Shown: one piece after another, positions 62,332-64,000 of the stretch
How the letters are laid out: each line of letters begins with the position of its first letter
Position numbering within the stretch: position 1 is the first letter of the stretch
Source of the DNA: Mobula hypostoma
Taxonomy: Eukaryota
Assembly (NCBI RefSeq): GCF_963921235.1
Contig: NC_086108.1
Span: 48,176,001 to 48,240,000, forward strand
Reading direction: 5' to 3'
DNA length: 64,000 nt
Made by a program: the position numbers and the translations under genes
The notes under the pieces: model-generated
Database searches by the model: none
What the model saw: only the letters and a program-made list of their open reading frames with translations
Told to the model about the DNA's origin: nothing

Positions 62332-63999
62332 CTAGCGGAAGTTAGAAAAGTCAATGTTCATGCCATCAGGTTGGAGGCTACCCAGACGGAATATAAGGTG
62401 TTGTTCCTCCAACCTGAGTGTGGCTTCATCTTTACAGTAGAGGAGGCCGTGGATAGACATGTCAGAATGGGAATGGGATGTGGAATTAAAATGTGTGGCC
62501 ACTGGGAGATCCTGCTTTCTCTGGCGGACAGAGCGTAGATGTTCAGCAAAGCGGTCTCCCAGTCTGCGTCGGGTCTCACCAATATATAAAAGGCCACATC
62601 GGGAGCACCAGACGCAGTAAATCACCCCAGTCGACTCACAGGTGAAGTGATGCCTCACCTGGAAGGACTGTTTGGGGCCCTGAATGGTGGTAAGGGAGGA
62701 AGTGTAAGGGCATGTGTAGCACTTGTTCCGCTTACACGGATAAGTGCCAGGAGGGAGATCAGTGGGGAGGGATGGGGGGGACGAATGGACAAGGGAGTTG
62801 TGTAGGGAGCGATCCCTGCGGAATGCAGAGAGAAGGGGGGAGGGAAAGATGTGCTTAGTGGTGGGATCCCGTTGGAGGTGGCGGAAGTTACGGAGAATAA
62901 TATGTTGGACCCGGAGGCTGGTGGGGTGGTAGGTGAGGACCAGGGGAACCCTATTCCTAGTGGGGTGGTGGGAGGATGGAGTGAGAGCAGATGTACGTGA
63001 AATGGAGGAGATGCGTTTAAGAGCAGAGTTGATAGTGGAGGAAGGGAAGCCCCTTTCTTTAAAAAATGAAGACATCTCCCTCATCCTAGAATGAAAAGCC
63101 TCATCCTGAGAGCAGATGCGGCGGAGACGGAGGAATTGCGAGAAGGGGATGGCGTTTTTGCAAGAGACAGGGTGAGAAGAGGAATAGTCCAGATAGCTGT
63201 GAGAGTCAGTAGGCTTATAGTAGATATCAGTGGATAAGCTGTCTCCAGAGACAGAGACAGAAAGATCTAGAAAGGGGAGGGAGGTGTCGGAAATAGACCA
63301 GGTAAACTTGAGGGCAGGGTGAAAGTTGGAGGCAAAGTTAATAAAGTCAACGAGTTCTGCATGCGTGCAGGAAGCAGCGCCAATGCAGTCGTCGATATAG
63401 CGAAGGAAAAGTGGGGGACAGATACCAGAATAGGCACGGAACATAGATTGTTCCACAAACCCAACAAAAAGGCAGGCATAGCTAGGACCCATTCGGGTGC
63501 CCATAGCTACACCTTTAGTTTGGAGGAAATGGGAGGAGCAAAAGGAGAAATTATTAAGAGTAAGGACTAATTCCGCTAGACGGAGCAGAGTGGTGGTAGA
63601 GGGGAACTGATTAGGTCTGGAATCCAAAAAGAAGCGTAGAGCTTTGAGACCTTCCTGATGGGGGATAGAAGTATATAAGGACTGGACGTCCATGGTGAAA
63701 ATAAAGCGGTGGGGGCCAGGGAACTTAAAATCATCGAAAAGTTTAAGAGCGTGAGAAGTGTCACGAACATAGGTCGGAAGGGATTGAACAAGGGGTGATA
63801 AAACAGTGTCGAGGTATGCAGAAACGAGTTCGGTGGGGCAGGAGCAAGCTGAGACAATAGGTCGGCCAGGACAGGCAGGTTTGTGGATCTTGGGTAGGAG
63901 GTAGAAACGGGAAGTGCGGGGTGTGGGAACTATAAGGTTGGTAGCAGTGGATGGGAGATCCCCTGAGCGGATAAAGTCGTTGATAGTGTGGGAGACAAT
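62332..63999 (-). CDS. PLE reverse transcriptase + GIY-YIG endonuclease ORF, 5'-partial, at least 555 aa without stops
   Basis: The frame is open upstream of the track's Met63693 to the window edge: FYLLPKIHK..PGRPIVS, DVQSLYTSIP, QTKGVAMG, LRYIDD, LPFLD, Cys-rich linker CKRNKCYTC, VIYC...LYIGET...R..EH...H...E...N. Confidence 0.93.
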   Translation of the reverse strand: MVSHTINDFIRSGDLPSTATNLIVPTPRTSRFYLLPKIHKPACPGRPIVSACSCPTELVSAYLDTVLSPLVQSLPTYVRDTSHALKLFDDFKFPGPHRFIFTMDVQSLYTSIPHQEGLKALRFFLDSRPNQFPSTTTLLRLAELVLTLNNFSFCSSHFLQTKGVAMGTRMGPSYACLFVGFVEQSMFRAYSGICPPLFLRYIDDCIGAASCTHAELVDFINFASNFHPALKFTWSISDTSLPFLDLSVSVSGDSLSTDIYYKPTDSHSYLDYSSSHPVSCKNAIPFSQFLRLRRICSQDEAFHSRMREMSSFFKERGFPSSTINSALKRISSISRTSALTPSSHHPTRNRVPLVLTYHPTSLRVQHIILRNFRHLQRDPTTKHIFPSPLLSAFRRDRSLHNSLVHSSPPSLPTDLPPGTYPCKRNKCYTCPYTSSLTTIQGPKQSFQVRHHFTCESTGVIYCVWCSRCGLLYIGETRRRLGDRFAEHLRSVRQRKQDLPVATHFNSTSHSHSDMSIHGLLYCKDEATLRLEEQHLIFRLGSLQPDGMNIDFSNFR

Positions 64000-64000
64000 G

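Larger units (their letters stand above)
61906..64000 (-). mobile_element. Young Penelope-like element (Neptune-like), continues past the window edge
   Basis: RT plus GIY-YIG ORF, followed by a 3' repeat with a hammerhead and the terminal extension ...ccagcatctgcagaattcctgttgtt. Confidence 0.95.

Overview
Eukaryotic vertebrate genomic DNA. The repeat content (CR1, Rex1-like and Penelope-like elements, HE1-like V-SINEs) suggests a cartilaginous fish; this is inference. The window lies inside a large + strand gene that I recognise as hemicentin-1 (HMCN1). Ten GT-AG coding exons (2005-51596, 1505 nt) splice in one continuous frame and encode the early Ig-domain array; neither the gene start nor its end is in the window. 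The introns are filled with transposable elements. A family of Penelope-like retroelements (PLE; reverse transcriptase plus GIY-YIG endonuclease) carries minimal type-I hammerhead ribozyme motifs in its 3' repeat. Several PLE copies have inverted two-arm structures and readable target-site duplications (TSDs), and one has an uninterrupted ORF of at least 555 aa running off the right edge. Also present are CR1, Rex1-like and RTE-like LINE fragments, tRNA-derived SINEs, Tigger/pogo and hAT DNA transposons (some nested) and a minisatellite. I see no clearly undescribed system: the PLE-hammerhead association is already known. The most notable local observations concern the PLE and hammerhead architecture and its possible effect on HMCN1 pre-mRNA. 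Repeat boundaries are approximate unless a TSD or terminal inverted repeat (TIR) is given.
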